A DNA stretch of 27,222 nt from Acanthaster planci (lineage: Eukaryota). Under the pieces are notes generated by a model. The model did no database searches. It saw only the letters and a list, made by a program, of their open reading frames with translations, and was not told the DNA's origin. Shown here in pieces: positions 1 through 13,700 of this stretch. How positions within the stretch are numbered: the stretch's first letter is position 1; each line of letters opens with the position of its first letter. The stretch lies in the NCBI RefSeq assembly GCF_001949145.1, contig NW_019091358.1:3816569-3843790 (forward strand). Direction: 5' to 3'. The position numbers and the translations under genes are program-made.

Positions 1-1626
1 TGAGCACATTGTGTTCAAAACTACATGACACTTAAGGGGACTTGTAGTGCACGAGGATGTGATGGTCAAGATCCAGGTGTGCGTCTTCTGTATACTTGCC
101 TGTTTTATTCTGCCCTTTTTTTTTTTCAATTTTATTTAATTTTCATTTTTTCTCTCTAATTTTCAGAGTAATACTGTGATATTTTACATTTTATGAGTTG
201 TGAAAAAGCCAATTTATTCATCCCTTTTTTTACTGATTGGTGTGCAGCCATACGTTAGCTGGTTAAAAAATAGCAGCAAGAGAGACCAGGTGGCACGTTT
301 CAAAATAAATGGCATTTTAAACTGTACAAGTTGCATGCATAAATAAGTCTGTTGAACGTTTCCGCACTTAAATCTACTTTCTTTACTACCCAGTTCCTCG
401 CTAAAGTAAGGGTTGCTCTGTCAAAATAGGGCAGTTCCAGAAACAGGAAGTAAAATTATTGTTTTGGGGGGTTGGGGCTTACAGTTTCAATGCTGAATGT
501 GTACCCCACAAGTACTTATCTTGGCAAAACTCTGTCCAAGGTTGCTCTTCTCCAGAGTTTCCCCTTGCCCGTAAATCAACCATCAACGCCAACAGAGTGG
601 CTGTAGCCTCTCTGATGTTTTCCCTACATGCTCACCAGCCTCCAAGGCCACTCACCATGGGAACTTCATTCAGTAAGCCCTCAAACATTAAGTGCTCAGA
701 AGTTAAATGTTCATGGCCATGCAGCCATATTTCAGTGGTGGATCCAGGAATTTTCCTGGGGGGAGGGGCACACCATTTTTTATATTCTTTTTTTGCAGAC
801 AGGAGGGCCCATTGGTAATACAGTACTTGACATTTATGCTTTTTTACACGTAGCAAAATGCCATTTTTTTGGTTAACACCGTAATTATTTTATTCTTTAC
901 TCCAATCTTTGGTGTGTGTTTGGGGGGGTCCTGCATTAATTCATGCCTGAATGTTTTCTTCTCCATAATTACTGAGGAATTTTTGGCTTCAGTTTTTTTT
1001 TCTTGAGATCCTGACGTAATTAGTTTGCAAATTCATGGCTCTTTGAGCTCTGATAGACAACAATTTCTGATGTGGATTTTGAAAATAGGGCCATTTCTCA
1101 AGATTTCAGAGATAATGTTTGGACGCTGTCTAGAACATGTCTTTTTATTTGGAAAGTCATAAGGGGAAACCGTGGTTTTGATATTTATTCGTTTCCCAGA
1201 CACCTGTGTCGTCTCCTCAGGGGTGATGGAATTTGAACCAGATTTCGCCCTGAAGAGGCGGTGATTAAAATACCTGTCGTGTGGGAAGGCATGCAGGTTA
1301 AAGTTGTACGTGATGTTTCAGTCTAAGAGTGTGCTAGTGAACTGTGCACTACAATTCCCCCCGGAAAAAAAAAAGACTGCTGTGATGATTTTCACGAGTT
1401 TAATACATGTAGGTTCGTTCTGCCAAATCACTCCAAGAGTATAAAGTGTCTGATGAAATCTGCAATTTTGGTATAACCATTCTTGAGATTGTTTTGTGAA
1501 GATGGTGTTATCCTGTTTAGGACAAAATTAAAATGACTCATTTGAGTTGTTAAAAAACTACCCAACCTGACGGCTTTGCAGAGTTTGAAGTATCAAAGTG
1601 TATATTTTTGGTCCCGTTTTGAGCAG

Positions 1627-1753
1627 GATACTGGCAGTTCTGGATGTGGTACTATCATTGTCCCTGGAGAGTTATTATACCTCAACAGCAGTGAATATAA
1701 CATCTGGAACAGCAGACTCCAAGTGGATGTCAATTTCACCGAAGATGCAACTG
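1627..1753 (+). CDS. A2M-like exon (MG3): DTGSSGCGTIIVPGELLYLNSSEYNIWNSRLQVDVNFTEDATG
   Basis: gagcag|GATACT ... ACTG|gtaatt; phase 0 to 1; resembles A2M MG3 'T...GC....V.A.V.EEGTG'. Confidence 0.8.
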
Positions 1754-4700
1754 GTAATTTTTTTCTACAATGCTAAGCTCAGTAGAATTGCTATTTTTCC
1801 AACAACTTTTAGGTTGCACTGTACTGTGTCATTAGTTAGCTTTGTATCACAGATAGAGTATTTGTAAGCCACCATTTCCTCACTGGGCAAAGCAACATTG
1901 AAAGAATTTTTTACATGTGTGCAGTATTTAACTTGCATAAGACAACAGTCTTCATATATGGATGAGTGATCAATGTTGCATGTGATAAAATTCCATGCTA
2001 ACCTCTTCAAGCACACATCCCTTTGTAAGATATGTTGTCTTTGGGGTTGCGACTGTTATCGGCCATGCCCTCTGTGCAGCATTTGCTCAAGCTAGGTACG
2101 AATCCCTGGTCCGAATGAAAGAATACAAAAGTAATGTAGCTTGGGGTTACATGTCTGTATTCCATGGTATCATCGGGTAGTTTTCATCCGAATGGGCACA
2201 GTGCTCACTGCAGAACCAGTCCCATTCGTGTGTTGCCAACAGGCAATAATGAATTACCGGATTGCTGAACTTGCTGTGCTGAAAGAATCCTGTTCGGTCC
2301 TTCCACATGTGCCTCCCCCTTTTTCAGGCATGTCTGTGTCCCATGCTGAATTTGTTTCTAAACTTAAACTCTTTGGATATGCCAAAAAAAAATTGTAATG
2401 AGTACATCTGGGAAGTTTCAAATCAATCCGACATAGGTTTTGTTGTTACGGTCATTTATTCGTAGTCATGTATGTGTCAGCCTAGAGTTGATGCCAAAGT
2501 GAGCATGACACTTCACTTGAATGTTCCCGGTGATGCTTTTCAGGTGTCACTCTCTCTGAGACAGTTTTGAGCAAACCCGGTATTGTCACTACAGAGCCAT
2601 TGGCCTTGTCTTTCAAGGCACCGTCTACATTCAAGCCAGGCATGCCCTTTGATGTGTGGGTAAGCTGAAGACTCTTTGTCCAAGTTCTCCGGGCAAGCGT
2701 GTCTGGTGTTTGATTTCTTCATCTTGCCTTCCCCTTTTATCTTGCCCCCCCCTTTTCTTGTCATGCCATATATGAATATTAACTTGTAATGCTTAGATCA
2801 GCCCCTTTTGCTGTATTACCACAGAAATTTTCCTAACCTATATAAGCTGCCTGATGGTCTTCTCCCAAACTTTAAATACTGGCACCCATTCTTTAAAATG
2901 TGACCACTACATTTACATCTTGCCCAGTTTCCCCACAGTTTTGAAAAACCTTGTGCGTGTGCAATGTGTAAGGCCCCCGAGATAGTTCTGCTGCCAATTA
3001 CGTGCCTCTCATGGTTGGTAGGTTGGCAAATGGATTTTTTGGTTGATTTGTGCTGATTGAGTGGCATAAATGGGGATGAAAGCTATCAAAATTGTCACAG
3101 AAAGGTCACAAAAACCTTGCCTTAATTCTGTGTAAAAAAGTTTTACAGTCGACAATTCTTAAAGAATTATGGACAGTTCACACCACTGTGGCCAACACTA
3201 GTTAGGCAATCACAACGGCAATCTGGCCAACAGTGGCCATGTATCATGTGGTGAGCATGCAAGAGGTATCCAGATGGGTGGGTGATAAACCTCATGCTGC
3301 AGCAGGAAATCTTCGTGGAAACACGCTCTCTCTGAGCATGAGCCAAACAACCTCTAAGTAAACTCATGAACACAGGAAATAAATACATAGACAAGAGACC
3401 AAGTTCTGTAAATTAACCTGCAGAAATCTTCTTGCAGCGTTGATGTTTTTCCGTTGCGGTGTAGTGTAACAAGGCTATTATGACCGGGATATATAGACTG
3501 GTCGTCACATTTCCATCACGCATTCCTTAGCATGCGCATGGTGCGGAGGAAATCAGTGCAGCATTGCTTTAATGCATTGAGCTTTGTGCATGTGTTTTTG
3601 CCACTGCGACAGCAAAACACAAATAACGGATGTTTATTTTCCAAGGTTGCAAATTTAAGTAGGAAAACATACAAATACGAGTGTTTCAACATGATAAAAG
3701 ATTGTTCAGAGGTGTTTTGTGAAGACAGAAAACACAACAGAATTCATTTAAAAATGTTGTTTTTCTCCTGAACTTGCTGGTAAAAACTTCAGGGTTGCCG
3801 AAAAACGTAGGGTCAGTGGGGAAACCGGAAGCAGAAGTATTTTTTTTGCCCCCAAACCATATCAACCTACCCCACTTCAGAGGCATATGCAGTATAAAGC
3901 AAATTTTTGGCGTCAGTTTTTGAAATTTGTCAAATGTGGGAGAGGTTTGTCAACTTAATTTTGGAAAGAATGGTGTTTTTAAAGAAGTTACTTAGTTGAA
4001 TAGGTTTTGCTGACTGCATTCTCTGTTGGGCTTTGCTGCATTTGTGAAATTTGAGCTGACATCACAAAGCATCTGCTGATGGTCCAACGACTGGCCCCCC
4101 GCACTATGAAAATCATTTCCGCCGCCGGTGAATAAAACCTGTGAAAAATTCTGTAGATTTGAATACACAGGGTATGGAGTAATGTCTTAGCTCGGTACGT
4201 GCCTTTACCTCCCCCCCCTTAGATTTCTGTCGAATATCCAGACGGCTCTCCTGCCCCAGGAATCCAGGTCAAGGTAACTGCCAAGGCCGATTACAGGGTG
4301 GAGATCTACAACCAGACGCTCACCTCCTCAGACGAAGGCATGGTCCACTTTGTCTTGGAAGATGTCAATATCGAGACAGCTGAAATCAGTCTTTTTGTAA
4401 GTTGAAGCACAGCAGTACTCAATCCTCTCGGTTCTGTTTAATTTTATGAGGCCTGTTGATACACGGGACTTAGGTGAGTGCTGCACCTGCTCATGGGGCT
4501 GGTGCGGTTAGTCGGCAATCAAAATTCTGAGTGGCATGTAAATACCATGTGACAGGTTCTCAATCCAAGTTTTGTTGAGCTTAATGTGATACTCAAAACT
4601 TCCTATTACTAGCTGCAAAGGTTGGAGTTTAAATTAGCCTTATAAGGGTGTTTGCCGAAATTAGGGGTCCATTTTTTTCGTGTCCCTGTCAAGTCTGACA

Positions 4701-7700
4701 TCTGATTTTGTAAGTTCAGAACACATTTTGTAATTTCCAAGAATGATGAATTCATGCAAATTTACCTGCCAAACTAATAGTAATAGTTTGAAATCAATTC
4801 CGGTGATATTTCCATGTCAAATAACAAAGGTCGGATGTAAACAGGGACACCAATCGTCACATTTTTGGACCCCTAATTTCAGGAATTACCCATAAGTGTA
4901 TTTTTAAGTAGTCAGCTATCCTGTTTTTAATTTGTCTTTTGTCAATCCTAGTCCTCATTCCTGAATCTCTGCAACCCTATCCCCAATCCAAATCCTCAGT
5001 CTTTATAAATTCAGAATCCCTGATCCTGAATCCCTTATTACCAATCCAAAATTTACAGTCACCAATAGGAATTCTCATTTGCAAATAGAGAATCATTTGT
5101 CAAATTCCAACTCGTCAATTCTGAATTCCCAATCCCAGTATCTCAGAATCTCAAATCTCATCATGGATTTAGATTTTGCATGCCTAGCCTTCAACCTCAG
5201 AATAGATATTGAAAAAAGGTTCTTGTCGATCTGTATGCCCTGCATAGTATGTTTTGTTAGTGCGAGTTGAGTGTTACTCCATGCAAAGCAGATGGGTTAT
5301 TATTTGTGTGTCAGACGTTTTCTGTTGTTAACCAGATAATGAAAAGTGGCAAATTAGCTTGAAATACACCTCACAGAAAATACATGCAAACTGTTTTCCT
5401 GTGAAAACTCAAAGTCAGGTCTTAACAAACAAAAAGTTCCACAAGCTGTAGTTCAAAGGCTGGTTAAAATGAGATTTCTTCGTTCTTTTTGTTCGTTCGT
5501 TTGCATATTGTTCTCAGGCTGTTGCTGAGGGCTACAGAAACTGGGACCCCTCCGGATCCAGCGATGATTACCGATATGGCTACTATTACATCTACGACCC
5601 CACCGCCTACCTCTATGCAGAGGCCAGCTACTCCCCCAGCGGTAGCTTTGTCCAGGTTGCCCCTTTGGATGAGCAGCTCATCCCTGGCAACGAAGTGCAA
5701 ATAACCACTCACTTCACTGCTGACCCGGAAACAGTTGAAGATCTCAAGTGGTTCTTTGTGGTAAAGCTCAACATATATTTTGACTTCGCAATGCTTTTTC
5801 CCGGCGTTACTTCATTTTGAATACCAAGAAGCCCTGTACTTGTGACCCATTTTAAGAGGTATCATTTGATTTGATAACTTGTTTCAAATTTATTGGTTTC
5901 AGGTTATCGTTTATACGAGGGATAATTTTAAGATTACATTGTGGAAGAAATGCTGTGTTATAGATTGCACAGCAAATGCTCTGTGTGCACGTTGTGAAGT
6001 TTTTGTGTGCTTTTATTCGATTTCAGTTTCAAAACTATGTAATCAACAAAAATGACAATGTTTCTTTCAGCCTTTTTAACGTTCGGATCAATTCTCAAAT
6101 GCGTGTCGGCAGGGATAGCCTAGTTACTGGATTAGCCACAAGCAACTCGGCCTAGGAGGTTTTTCTTTTCGGGAGGCAGAGTGGAAGTAGATGGTCAGAT
6201 TGAACTGAACACAACATTCAAATGAATGTTACCATTTCACCTCATCAGTTTTTACTGTCACCAGTTGGGTACTTGAAAGTTTGAATTTTTGAAATTTTGA
6301 CAGTGGAATCCCATGAAATTATTTGACGTTTCTGTGTCTTACCAGTTAACTTAATATTTGCGATGAATGTATGATTAGATGATAATTTTTCTGGACATTC
6401 CAGCTTCATTGGTTGGATATCTTCCTTTGCATGGTTTTTCACTTTTTGTCGAGTTATTGTAGTTGGCTCAGTTGTTTGACGGTGAGGTCAAGTCGATTTG
6501 GTGTTCATGCCGACTTCACTTCGGGCATGCTTTCGCACTGTGTCATATCACAGAAGCCAGTCATATTGAATGATAAGAATGAACCGGCTGTTCAGCCAAG
6601 GATACTTACAATTTCCTCTCCCTCAAGGTGAAAGACATTAACAAGGATTGAAAGAAATCAACCCTAGCACTTAGTCACAGCAAGGAAGAAAGGGCAGATA
6701 AGTTTGGGGGACCTTCTTGTTGAGTAATCTTACACTGTAATGCCTGGGCATACAGTGTCACCTGTTGAGGAACTCTCGGAGGAACAAGTCTTGAAGGCAG
6801 CCAACAGGAAATGAGGATAAACAGAAATGTAACAGCTAGACAGTCACAGTTAGGGTTACAGTTAAGGATTCCAACAAATTTGAAGCAAACTTCAGTTAAA
6901 AAGACTTTTCCTGGATTTGGTTTTGCGGTCTGAAACTGTGATACAACCAAAAATATGAACAATCCCAGGTGGCAGAGAAAGTCATCAAGTTATGGGCTGG
7001 TCCACAAACTATCCTATCGTGGATTGTTGCCACACCATAAATGGACCCATCATGTGTATAATTATTTGTATGTCACTTTGTAGTGCACCCAAACTATCGT
7101 GTGCTTCACTTCATCTGGCAAAAAACAGAGTATTGTTTAAAAAGACAAAATGAAAATCCCCCCCCCCACTGCCAAAAAAATAAAATTATTAAAACAAAAT
7201 TGGAAACGAAAGCTCAAAATTAAATGCATCTAAAAGGGTTTGCTTCATATGAAAAGTGAGAAAAGAGAAAAAACAACCTACTATTGCTCACAGAATCTTT
7301 ACTTTGCTACTTAACTTTCCCAGCCTGAGAAGTTGAGTGGTTCATGTAGACTAAGGTCACTGGAGGTCTTACCTTAGAAAGTATTTTAGTTTTGTGAATA
7401 ATTTTTTTCTTCTTAGTTTATGTCACGCAATGAAATCCTGACCGTCCCAGTTGCTGCCGTGGAAGAGACTGGGTCACGGAGGAGAAGATTTTCTGAACCG
7501 GTACCAGGTAGGTTGGCCAAGCGTAGCTAGGGGAAGCGCAGACGAAAGATTTGAGACTTTTTAAAGTTAAGTTATGGGACAGTTTTGGTTCCATAGGCTC
7601 ACTTGTACCACATGCTGCCCCTCACTATCCTCTACTCTCTCTTCAGTAAGTATGGATAGTATCTACTTAGTAAAGATCAATTGTGTTTTCCTCAAATTGG

Positions 7701-10700
7701 ACTTTATGGAGTGGAAGCCAGGGTTTCTGCTTTTTGGCACATTGTGTTCTGGTAGTATTTAATTAAAAGAACAGAAAACTTCATAAATCAAAAAGTACCA
7801 AATTAGAACTTGCAATTCCCTTTCTCAGTATACGCTAAGCACAATGCATTATGCTGCTCTTGAACCTTGTTTTGGAAAGTGGAGCTTTGAGTGAGTAGTC
7901 GAGTTCTGCTGTGTTGGCGGTTTCCAAATTCCCCCCCCCCGAAATTCCTCTCCTAATTCGGCATTTATCAGTTTGGGCACCAGTTTAGCCACTTCATCAA
8001 GATAATCTTGTCATACACCACTGTGATTGTTTCCTGATGCGTTTTTAGTTCCTATCCTACTTTTAAATCTCTGATATCTTTCCTTAGATATCTTACCGTT
8101 TGAACCCGAGAAGGTCAACATCACCCAGCCCGGTAGCCTTTACTCCCGTCAGGACAGATTCACAGTTACCTCCAAGATGTCTCCGGCTGCGAAGCTGTTG
8201 GTTTACTACATTCGTCCAGACAAGGAGGTGGTCGCTGACAGCATCAGTTTGGATGTCCAGCCAGAATTTGGCAACAAGGTGTGCACAAGGCCTGCAACTG
8301 TGAATGCAGTCATTCCTTCAATCAGTTAATCATTCCCTTTTGACCGTGGATTGAAGTAATCCAACAATCATTGTTTCTCACTCTAAATTTTCCATGGTGT
8401 TTAGTCATTGCTAATAAGTGGATGGTTTGTCTTCAGGTGGTCAAGAGAAAATATTTTTCCTAAAGCCTCATTGCAGTATATGTTGTCCATTTCACCTTCA
8501 AACTGAGCAGGCCTGTCTGTGTGTTTGGCCCACACTTGGGAGATTATTGTATTAAAGAAATTTTGGCTTTTGCATGCTTATTTTAAAATGCAGACTTTAT
8601 TTTTGATAAATGGATGGAGTAACTGAATAACACCTCTGGGTCAGGCATGCCCAATTTGATGGGAAAAAAATGGAGATTGGTGCCCTGAACATATTGGAAC
8701 ATTCACAATATATGAAAGAAAGATTACCTGAAAGACTGATGAGCAAACAGTGTCACACAGGGTGAAAGAGACGGAACAACTCGGCTGTTTGGGACTGAGA
8801 AGTTGCTGATGGCTTTTGTATCTAGAGTACTATAGTTAGGGGTGGCTGTAATAATGAACATGGTCTGCTTATGAGAGGTGAGAAACTCAGACAGTTCTGT
8901 ACAAATTAAGGTTTCAGCGTGATTTATTGCCGGTGTGATTGCTTAGATGTGCGGAAAGATAAACTTTGAATGAGTAAAACAATGATAATTTGCTTGACTG
9001 AGAAGCTTAAAATCACTTGCATTGTTCAGTAACTGTCTGAAATTTCTGATTGTCTGTCGAACAAAGTTTTCAGAGGTTTGGGGTTTTTATCCAGCAACTT
9101 TTTTGTCCCACCTTTACTTAAAATTCTGTGCCAATGACGACATTTTTTAATCTGGACTTGCTAGACTTCACAAGATAAGCAACTTTCATTCTCTCCATGC
9201 TTTCATTAATTTGTATCCTTCTTAAAAAAAAAACTCGATTTTCCAGGTTTACATGGCCTTCACCAATGCCGAGGAGACACCCGGAGGCAAGGCCCAGTTG
9301 AAGCTGTCGGCAAGTGAGGGCTCCCTCTGTGCCATTGGTATCGTCGATAAGAGTGTATACGTCTTGGAGGATGACGAGGATAGAATAACAAAAGAAAAGG
9401 TAGGAGAAACATTTGTTAAACTCAGTGTTGGAGCTGCTTGTCTGACTTTCATACATTTTGAAATTTTTATGCCCCAAATGTTTTGCCTTGCAAAGGACTA
9501 GTTCTTGAATAGGGGCAAGATGTGTGCTGACTGTATTTATTGATGGCAAAACTAAAAATGGTAACTTTGATGTTATATTAGGTAATCCGATTAATTAAAT
9601 GAACCAGTTAAATCTGAAAGCAGATTCAGGAATTGTGTGCTGGGAGGATGAACTTCCAAAACATTAGTAGTCAACTTTTTTTTGCAAGTAATGATACCCA
9701 AGAATTTATGCATCCTCTCAAGTTAAGCATTTTAAATGGGCTGGTAGTAACCAAAGTGGGATGGCTGTTAATCACGTATCTTTAGAGTTGAGGCAGGTTT
9801 TGCTCATTGTTTTATATTGCCCTACCGCACGAACATGACCCACTCTGATTGGAAAATCGGTTCTTGGCCCAAGCCCGGCTGAAAAACCCCAGACAAGCTT
9901 CACCTTGCAAAGACTGAAACTGTTCATTTCCACGGCCCACCTCAGGTGTTTGAGAAGCTCCGAAGTGACCAAGACCACTACACTAACTACTGGGTTCCCA
10001 ATCGGAGCGACCACTGCCCTGATGAATATCCCTGGTGGTGGTACCCTGACTTGGACAGAAAACGACGCAGGAGGACCAGCGTACCCTACTATGGTGGCAC
10101 TTCCGTTTATGAGGACTCCTCAAAGGCATTTGAGGTTGGAATTTTCCTAGCGTCCTTTCTTCATCCATTCTGTGCACAAATGACTCCTCACCAGTTGCAA
10201 ATAGAAGCAGGGTGGATAGGCATTATGAGGTTGGGGCACTTGTGACGCTACCTTCCCCTCCTCTGGGGGGGGGAATATTGAAAACAGAAGGAAATTAAAA
10301 GAAAGGAAAAGCAAAAGAAAAAAGGGGAAAAGGAAGTAAGATGATGAAACTTACCAGTTTGCTTGAAAATACGTTGGAATTGACCCAGTTTTATTGTTAA
10401 TGGTGTATCAGTTTGCTGTTTACGGGAGGTTTGCCATATGCCAACTTGTTGATTGGGAAGCCGTTCTGTTTGAACCTTGTGGAGATCTGTCTCTTTCGTA
10501 AATTTCAGGATATGGGCTTTATCTTCATGTCGAACCTCATGGTAGAAACGCGGCCTTGCAACGCTGGTAAGAGAGTCCAGGATTATACTTGATACGAACA
10601 TTTTTCATATGAATCTCCCCCCATCCCTTTCTGTTCAGAAGATAATCAAATGAGCCAGTGTTTAGTCACAGGATTCCATCTTGAAAAGGATTGAAGCAGA

Positions 10701-13700
10701 TGCCGACTAAGAAGAAGTAAACAGTGGCGAAAATTATCTTACATCATGAGGAGGATGAGCTTGCGCCATGTTTTTGCTCCGTCCTGTCAAGCCATCTTTA
10801 TCAAACTGCCATGTGGTCCCCGTTTTCCAAGGATCTGTTTGTTTTGCACAGATCTAGATCTTGAAAAGTGATCCTAACGCTGGTTAGCACCATCCACTTT
10901 GCAGGTTGTGGGGTCCGTAAACCAACGACGGATCACTGATTGTGATCCAGATCCATGTGAAACAAACACATCCCAAGTACCCCCGCACTGGTAACCATGT
11001 GTAAGATTGCTGTGATTGTCAGGCAAATTGACTTGAGTTTGTGTGTTTATCTGACCTTGCTGCCTCTCACAGATGTTCTCTTAAATGTTTTGATGGTATT
11101 GATGAGTAGATAGATACCCGGTCATTGCGTACAACCGTGAAGTGGCAGGGCAAGAGGGGCCTGTGGGAGGAGCTCCCTTGACTGCTGCTGCTCCAGCTGT
11201 CCGAAGCTTCTTTCCCGAAACCTGGCTGTGGAAATTGGAACGGATTGGGTAAGGACTTGAAAATAGAAGACATTGCTTCCAGCGCATGAAAGTGCTTGTT
11301 CATTTTGTTTGTCCTGTCGGTCAAGTCAGCAAGTCAGTCAGCAGGTCAGTTTTGACAGTTGGCTCTGTTTGCCATCCGGTGTGCTGGTCAGGCCAATCCC
11401 GTCCAGTTGGCCGGTCCTTTTGGTTGATCTGTTCATTCAGTCTGTGTGTTGTCTGTGCATGCAGTTTTTTGTTCATTGGTGTGTTCATTACGTCATCCAA
11501 CACTGCATTTTAAAGTGCTGACAAAGAAGGCTTTAACAAATGTTGAGGGGAGGAAATCGTGAGAATGAATTGTCATGAATAAAACCTTCAGATTTTGGTA
11601 GGGGCTTAAAAAAAAGTCCATACGCCAACCTCCAGCTTTTTTAGTACTTGTCTGGGACAATTCAAAAGAAAACCTGTACTGTTGGAAGTTGTTCTCTTTT
11701 GAATGTTAATAATGTATTTTCTGTGCATGGCAAGTGTTTCAAGCTTTAAAATCCCTGACCCTTGATCTTCCCCATAGGGATTTGGGTGAGGCTGAGCTGG
11801 ACCTAGATGTTCCGCACACCATCACTGAATGGGTCGGCAATGGGTTTTGCACCTCAGCCGAGACCGGTCTGGGTGTGGCAGACACCACCACCCTGCGCGC
11901 CTTCCAGCCATTCTTTGTGTCACTGACCCTGCCATATTCCATCATCCGCGGGGAGGAGGTGACCATCAAGGCCACGGTCTTCAACTACTTGTCCGATCAG
12001 TGCATGGTGGTAAGGCTCATGCAGTAAATTTGTTCGGCTTTCACTATCAAGGGAGATTTTCTGAAACATATTAGGTTTCACATCTGGGCTGTCTTAGAAC
12101 ATTGAAATCAATAACTGAGGGTCATTGTAGTTCCCTAACAGGTGGACAAGTCAAACTGACTGTCCGAGACCTGCTTGCCAAAATTGCTTGCTTAGCTTGT
12201 TTGTTTCAAATATGGTGCTTTTTATGATATGCAGCAGTGATCCAGTGCCATGGTTTCACCCTAAGGCATTCCTAAGTTTTGATGAGCAGGTGCTGTTTGA
12301 ATCAATCAGTTAACTATAATCAGGGGCGTAACTGGGGGGAGGGGGCAAGTGCTCCTGATTTAAAATATCCCTTGAGGTTATGTAGCTATATGCAGCTGCA
12401 GTTTTCTTCATGTGGTGCCCCCTTGAACAAAGTTTGCACTCCCCGGAGGCCCTCCAGACATTTAGCCCCAGTTATGCCACTGAGTATAATGGTCATTGCT
12501 TGAGCTTCCTTCTGCTTGTGTGCAGTTGTAGACTAGCCTGATAAAGCCTTGTCCAGTTACAGTATAGCTGGACAAACTTGTGGCCCCTCGAATGGAGGAA
12601 AGAATTGTATTGGGCTTTGCTGAGAATGACTGCCATGGAACACTTGCTTTGTACAGTGGTGATAATGGTGCCTTTTGTCTTGGAAGGAGGGTCATTGAGA
12701 ATGCCCAGTGATAGCGTAACCAGGCGTACCTAATTCATTATAAATGCCTCGGTTTGATTGGAATTGAGGCACTTCGTAACTTTTCTCTGGCAGATAAAAA
12801 ATAAATTGATGGCAACATAAATTTCTTTTCAGATACGGGTATCTCTGATAGCATCGGATGAGTTTGAGGTTGTTGACGGCACTGTTGATCAGAAGGAGTG
12901 CGTCTGTGCCCAGACTTCAAAGAGAGTGGAGTTCCAAGTGAGAGGTCTTGCACTGGGAGAAATTGACGTTGAAGGTATCTAAGGCTGGCTTGGTGTTGGG
13001 TAAAATGTCGGTTGTGCTGACCTAGGGGTGTGTACCATAGTTCTGACACACCACAAATTGAGGTCAGACTGTGTGCACATGCTAGGTCAGTGTGTGTTTT
13101 CTGGCAGCTGTGTGTGGTAAATCACTTAATGAATCCCTGATAAAATTATACCAGGCAAGATATGGGACGGAGGGGTACCCCCCTTACCTGTCCATCCCTA
13201 TACATACTGTAGACTATTGTTACCCAACACATCCCCCCTAGAAGTCTGTAAAGAATTCCTGAGATTCCGATCAAACAATGACGGACACAAAGGCGGGGGG
13301 TTCTCTCTGTCCCATATCTTGCTTTAAATGGATAAAATGCTTAGTTCTAGATTTACTTTGTCCTATGTGTTTGTTGAAAGCAATGTTTGTTCACCAAATT
13401 CTCAGTTTGCGTACCTCGTATATCAAATTAGTCCTTACAGGTAGCCCCTGTTTGAAAATGACTTATGTATTTCTAGGGATCTTTTCTGAAATATGAGGCT
13501 TTGAGGCCATGTTTCCTTGTGTTTGTATAGAGTGTACATTTGATGGAAATTAACCCTTTCTTTGAAAAAGCTGTTGCCTTTCACTTGCAAATGACTGTTT
13601 TAATGCAGTATTTAAAAGTAGATTGAATGATTCAGTGAATTTGTTTGCTGTCGTGATATCAGTTCATGCAGTGTCAGTGGCTGATGACGAGTTACTGTGT

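Noticed and set aside
1..76. Possible upstream exon ending ATCCAG|gtgtgc
   Set aside because: The phase-0 frame has a stop at 26-28, there is no pyrimidine-rich acceptor, and the expected YTYGKPV-type MG3 motif is absent.
733..800. CAGTGGTGGATCCAGG hAT-MITE-like left end
   Set aside because: No matching right end or TSD found; fragment only.
1150..1296. Hammerhead-ribozyme-like cores (CTGAGGA...GAAAC on minus, CTGAAGA on plus) in a short inverted repeat; also a possible exon 1200-1296
   Set aside because: Stems I/III and the NUH site cannot be closed, and the plus copy lacks GAAA. The candidate exon has an in-frame TGA and no A2M similarity. At most a decayed repeat fragment.
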